DNA of 64,000 nt. Source: an uncultured Verrucomicrobiae bacterium (GTDB taxonomy: Bacteria; Verrucomicrobiota; Verrucomicrobiia; Chthoniobacterales; UBA10450). Position 1 is the first letter of the stretch. Each line of letters starts with the position of its first letter. Positions 60,570 to 64,000 of this stretch are shown here, in pieces. The position numbers and the translations under genes were made by a program. The stretch lies in contig CAWFGO010000001.1 of the NCBI GenBank assembly GCA_963815455.1, positions 1,632,001 through 1,696,000 of the forward strand, in the 5' to 3' direction. Under the pieces are notes generated by a model that did no database searches, was not told where the DNA came from, and saw only the letters and a program-made list of their open reading frames with translations.

Positions 60570-61712
60570 ATGACTCAGAATAGGTTGCGAGCAATGCCAC
60601 ATTTTCTTTTTTTGATGTCAGATACGGGCGGTGGACATCGCGCCGCGTGCTGCGCTATCGAGGCCGCTCTGCAGGATCGCCATCGAGGCGAGTTTACGGT
60701 CGAACTGGTCGATTTGTGGAGGGACTACACTCCTTTCCCCCTTAACATGATGCCGCAGATCTATTCGCGGTGGATCAACATGCATCCATCGAGTTATTCC
60801 GCCCATTTTTGGGTCGGGGATCGGCTGTTTTTGAATCAATCGTGGAGCCAGCTCTATTGTCGACAGATGTACTCGCGTATGAAACGCCTCTACGCCGAGC
60901 ACCCCGCCGATGTTATCGTCTGTGTCCATTCCGTCTTTGTGCGCCCGGCGGTCTACGCACTGCGCAGAGCGCGCATCGACAAGCCGTTTATCACGGTAAT
61001 CACCGATTATGCATTGCCCTCCGTCCTTTGGTACGATGCCAAGGTGGATCATTGCCTGGTACCCACGGAACCCGCCTTCCAGCGCGGCCTGTCGCTTGGG
61101 ATGAAAACGGCACAAATGCTTCTGACTGGGGCACCGGTACACCCCAAATTTGCCAAGCTCAGTATTTCCAAACTCGATGCGCGCGCGCAGTTAGGGTGGA
61201 GGCCTGACAAACGTGTTATCCTGGTCGTCGGCGGCGCCGACGGGATGGGACCACTCATCTCGACGGCGCGCGCGATCGACGGACGGCAGTTGGATTGCCA
61301 GTTGGTCGTCGTTGCTGGACACAACCAGGCGTTGAAAGCCGCCTTGGAAAATGTGTCTTGGAGAGGGCCTGTCCGTATCTACGGTTTTGTAGACAATATG
61401 CATGTGTTTATGCGCGCGTCCGACCTTCTGATTACCAAAGCTGGCCCGGCGACGATTAGCGAGGCTGCTCTGGTGGGCTTGCCAATGGTGCTGAACAGCG
61501 CAATCAAATTCCAGGAATCGCCAAACGTCGACTATGTAGTGGAACACAGCGCTGGAGTGTACGCTGTCGGGCCGAAGAGAACCGCGGACAGTGTGCAGGG
61601 GTTGCTCGAAAATGGGGCAGTGGCGCTGGAGAAGCTCGCTAGTGGCGCCGCGCGGCTCGCGCAACCGGATGCAATCTGGAAGATTGCCGACGAAATCTGG
61701 GCCCATGCCTGA
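60570..61712 (+). CDS. GT28 glycosyltransferase (MGDG synthase / UgtP-like)
   Basis: SDTGGGHRAA, TVITD, G.PV...F, GG.DG.G, AG.N, GFV..M...M..SD..ITKAGP.TI.EA, QE..N. Confidence 0.85.
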   Translation: MTQNRLRAMPHFLFLMSDTGGGHRAACCAIEAALQDRHRGEFTVELVDLWRDYTPFPLNMMPQIYSRWINMHPSSYSAHFWVGDRLFLNQSWSQLYCRQMYSRMKRLYAEHPADVIVCVHSVFVRPAVYALRRARIDKPFITVITDYALPSVLWYDAKVDHCLVPTEPAFQRGLSLGMKTAQMLLTGAPVHPKFAKLSISKLDARAQLGWRPDKRVILVVGGADGMGPLISTARAIDGRQLDCQLVVVAGHNQALKAALENVSWRGPVRIYGFVDNMHVFMRASDLLITKAGPATISEAALVGLPMVLNSAIKFQESPNVDYVVEHSAGVYAVGPKRTADSVQGLLENGAVALEKLASGAARLAQPDAIWKIADEIWAHA

Positions 61713-62994
61713 GTGCGCCCCAAGAGTGAACGGCGTTCTGATTCTTGCGGATGAATCCGCTGAATGGAAAGTTGCGGGGCTACGCCAGCTCGATCGTTTG
61801 GCTCTTGCCTTGAATGATTACGTCAGTCGTAGCCAAGGAATTGACGTTCTTCCAGTCTGCGTCTGCTGGATCGGCAACAAATCGGGAGAGTCTTCCCGCC
61901 AGCCGCAAGATCGACGCCTTACGCATCTCATGATGAGTGACAATGTAGACGAATTCTTTATGCGAATGCGAGGGAACGACGCCTCTGCCTTGGTGGTCAG
62001 TACGCGTCTCGTGCTTGCCCGAGATACCCTCGCGCAGGCTTTCGAAAAATCCCTTGTCGATCGAACAATGCCGATGTTGTTGATGCGCGGAGACGCACTC
62101 GCCGGTGAGGGCAATATTCAAGCCGATTCATCTCTTGTGCGCCGGCTCCGTGCAACGGAACTAATTGCTTCGCAACAGCCAGGAGACAAAACGAATCGAG
62201 ATTGGACTTATCTTCAAAGCCGTGAGGGCATCGCAATTGCGGAGAAACGTTTAATGCAAAATACCGGTAAGTCGCAGGATGGCTTTGCAGCCCGCTTCAT
62301 AAATCGTCCGATCTCTCGCAGTGTCAGCAGGTGGCTTGTCCGCTTTCCTCTCTTGCCCAACCAATGGACACTGATGGTGACTGCAATACCGATTGCCGGA
62401 TCGATCCTCTTGATGCGAGGAGACTATCTTGGCTTCGCCTGTGGGGCGGTTCTCTTTCAACTCCACAGCGTGTTAGATGGATGTGATGGTGAAATCGCGC
62501 GCTTGAAATATCTCGAGTCAGAAAAAGGGAGAAGGCTCGATACAATTTGCGATCGGCTCGTCACATTGATTTTCGTTATTAGCATTGGCGTTGGTTTGTC
62601 CCGCCAGCCTGGGATTCCCGACACGCTGCGGTGGCTTTATCTGCTGGAAGCAGCGATCACGGCGCTCTTGATCGGTGTAAGTGAGTTCGTGTTAATGAGA
62701 GCTAAGGCAGATGAAGGCCACGGCCTCGGCGCAATAAAGGATGATCTGTACCCCCATTATGTGAGAGCAATCAGGAATTCCGGCGTGCTCCGTCTTGGTG
62801 CGGGTGTGACTTCGTTCTTTGTTGAAGTGACGAAACGCGACACCTACATCTTTGGTTTTATGGTGCTGGCACTCTGTGGGCGACCAACCTGGATTTTGCA
62901 TATACTCGCTGTCTGCGCCTGCGCGATGATGCTTTTTACCCGTAGGAATTTGGCGCCTTCGTCTTCCCCTGCAGATCGGGCCCGCGTTCAATGA
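61705..62994 (+). CDS. CDP-alcohol phosphotransferase with N-terminal soluble domain
   Basis: DG..ARFINRPIS, PN..T, DGCDGEIAR......G..LD..CD signature. Confidence 0.85.
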   Translation: MPECAPRVNGVLILADESAEWKVAGLRQLDRLALALNDYVSRSQGIDVLPVCVCWIGNKSGESSRQPQDRRLTHLMMSDNVDEFFMRMRGNDASALVVSTRLVLARDTLAQAFEKSLVDRTMPMLLMRGDALAGEGNIQADSSLVRRLRATELIASQQPGDKTNRDWTYLQSREGIAIAEKRLMQNTGKSQDGFAARFINRPISRSVSRWLVRFPLLPNQWTLMVTAIPIAGSILLMRGDYLGFACGAVLFQLHSVLDGCDGEIARLKYLESEKGRRLDTICDRLVTLIFVISIGVGLSRQPGIPDTLRWLYLLEAAITALLIGVSEFVLMRAKADEGHGLGAIKDDLYPHYVRAIRNSGVLRLGAGVTSFFVEVTKRDTYIFGFMVLALCGRPTWILHILAVCACAMMLFTRRNLAPSSSPADRARVQ

Positions 62995-64000
62995 TCGAAG
63001 AAGATCATCGTGTGGATCGTGTTGTGATTCTGGCTGATGAGTCAGCCAATTGGAAGATCGCCGGATTGCGCCAGCTTGATCGGCTTGTGCTGGCGCTCGA
63101 TGAATTCGCCAAAACAATCGGAACGGCAGAAAAGATCGACATCTCCGTTTTTTGGAAGCCGGAGATTCCGCTTTCGGAGCGATGGTTACCGAAGGACCCG
63201 CGAATCGGGCGTGTTCGTTTGATCGAACCTTCCGGGTCGCCAGAACCGGACGCGCGCATTCTTGCTACCCGCTTGTTCGTGGGGCGAAATGCGTTGTCGA
63301 TCTTTCTTTCCACGACGGCCCCAGTGAAAGCCGAACAACCCATTGTTGATCCAACGTTAGGGTGGCGGCAATTTTTCGAGCAGTTCGAGAGAACATGTCG
63401 AAACGCGACCGCAGCGGAGGAAGAGCGTGGTTGGCGGTTTCTCGCGCAGCCGGCCGAGATTGTCGCCAGCGAAATGCTTTTTCTTCGCCACATGGGAAAG
63501 TCCCAGGACGGAATTGTATCCAAGTTTCTTAATCGACCGCTGGTGCGACCGATCACGCGTTGCCTGCTTAGATTTCCCATCAAACCCACGACCTGGACAT
63601 TGTCGATGTTTGCGTTGCCACTCATTGCGTTCGCCTTTCTGCTGCGCGGAGATTACGCGGGCATTCTGGTTGGAGCAGCCATTTATCAACTCTTCAGCAT
63701 GCTCGACAGCTGCGATGGAGAAATTGCGCGGGCAAAATATTTGGAATCAAAGCGGGGCGGACGAGTGGACGACTTCTGTGATATGATCGGCGGCTTTGTG
63801 TTCTTAACCGGTCTCGGATTTGGTCTCTCTCACTGGCATGGTTCAGCGTTTTATGCTGCCGAAGGGATTTTCTGCGTCGCGATAATTGCGGCCAATGAAT
63901 TCCTATTAAGAATTTCGAAACCCGAAACCAACCTCGACCCAAGTCCGTTGGGACGGGCCTTGTATCCGCGCTATCGCCAGGTGATCCAGCAATCTGGTGT
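62991..64000 (+). CDS. Second CDP-alcohol phosphotransferase paralog (runs off the right edge; absent from the ORF track)
   Basis: ATG62991 overlaps the upstream TGA; VILADESANWKIAGLRQLDRL, GKSQDG.VSKFLNRP, DSCDGEIARAKYLES..G..VDDFCD. Confidence 0.85.
   Translation, partial: MIEEDHRVDRVVILADESANWKIAGLRQLDRLVLALDEFAKTIGTAEKIDISVFWKPEIPLSERWLPKDPRIGRVRLIEPSGSPEPDARILATRLFVGRNALSIFLSTTAPVKAEQPIVDPTLGWRQFFEQFERTCRNATAAEEERGWRFLAQPAEIVASEMLFLRHMGKSQDGIVSKFLNRPLVRPITRCLLRFPIKPTTWTLSMFALPLIAFAFLLRGDYAGILVGAAIYQLFSMLDSCDGEIARAKYLESKRGGRVDDFCDMIGGFVFLTGLGFGLSHWHGSAFYAAEGIFCVAIIAANEFLLRISKPETNLDPSPLGRALYPRYRQVIQQSG

Overview
High-GC bacterial chromosome segment. Gene content, a PEP-CTERM protein and the repeat families suggest Verrucomicrobiota (Chthoniobacterales-like); this is inference. 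The housekeeping backbone is kbl, tdh, cdsA-dxr-rseP-ispG, typA, yebC, rho, glnE, rsmD, waaA and tRNA-Glu. Accessory modules: (1) 0.45-6.9 kb: esterase / ATP-grasp / carboxylate-amine ligase / aminopeptidase cluster. (2) 9.1-16.4 kb, the top candidate for an undescribed system: a peptide export locus between tdh and kbl. It encodes a PpiC-like protein, a C39-peptidase ABC transporter with two cNMP-binding domains, HlyD, a sigma54 activator with no sensor domain, and two small double-glycine-leader peptides, one with a (GVAG[A/H])x7 core. It also has a sigma54-type promoter and a 19-bp palindrome shared by both transcription units. (3) Two integrase-free cassettes (a DUF6600-like Gly/Lys-rich protein; an Rhs-CT/immunity pair), each bounded by a duplicated 3' end of a host gene. 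(4) Two related elements in tandem at tRNA-Glu; the second has lost int/xis by a microhomology deletion and carries only an AbiEii-like toxin-antitoxin pair. (5) A putative sphingolipid operon (Spt-like, bCerS-like, GT28, two CDP-alcohol phosphotransferases, LpxO-like hydroxylase). Palindromic REP-like repeats are abundant and several lie in frame inside genes. Many single-base +1 frameshifts look like sequencing errors. All family assignments come from motif recognition by eye; no searches were run.
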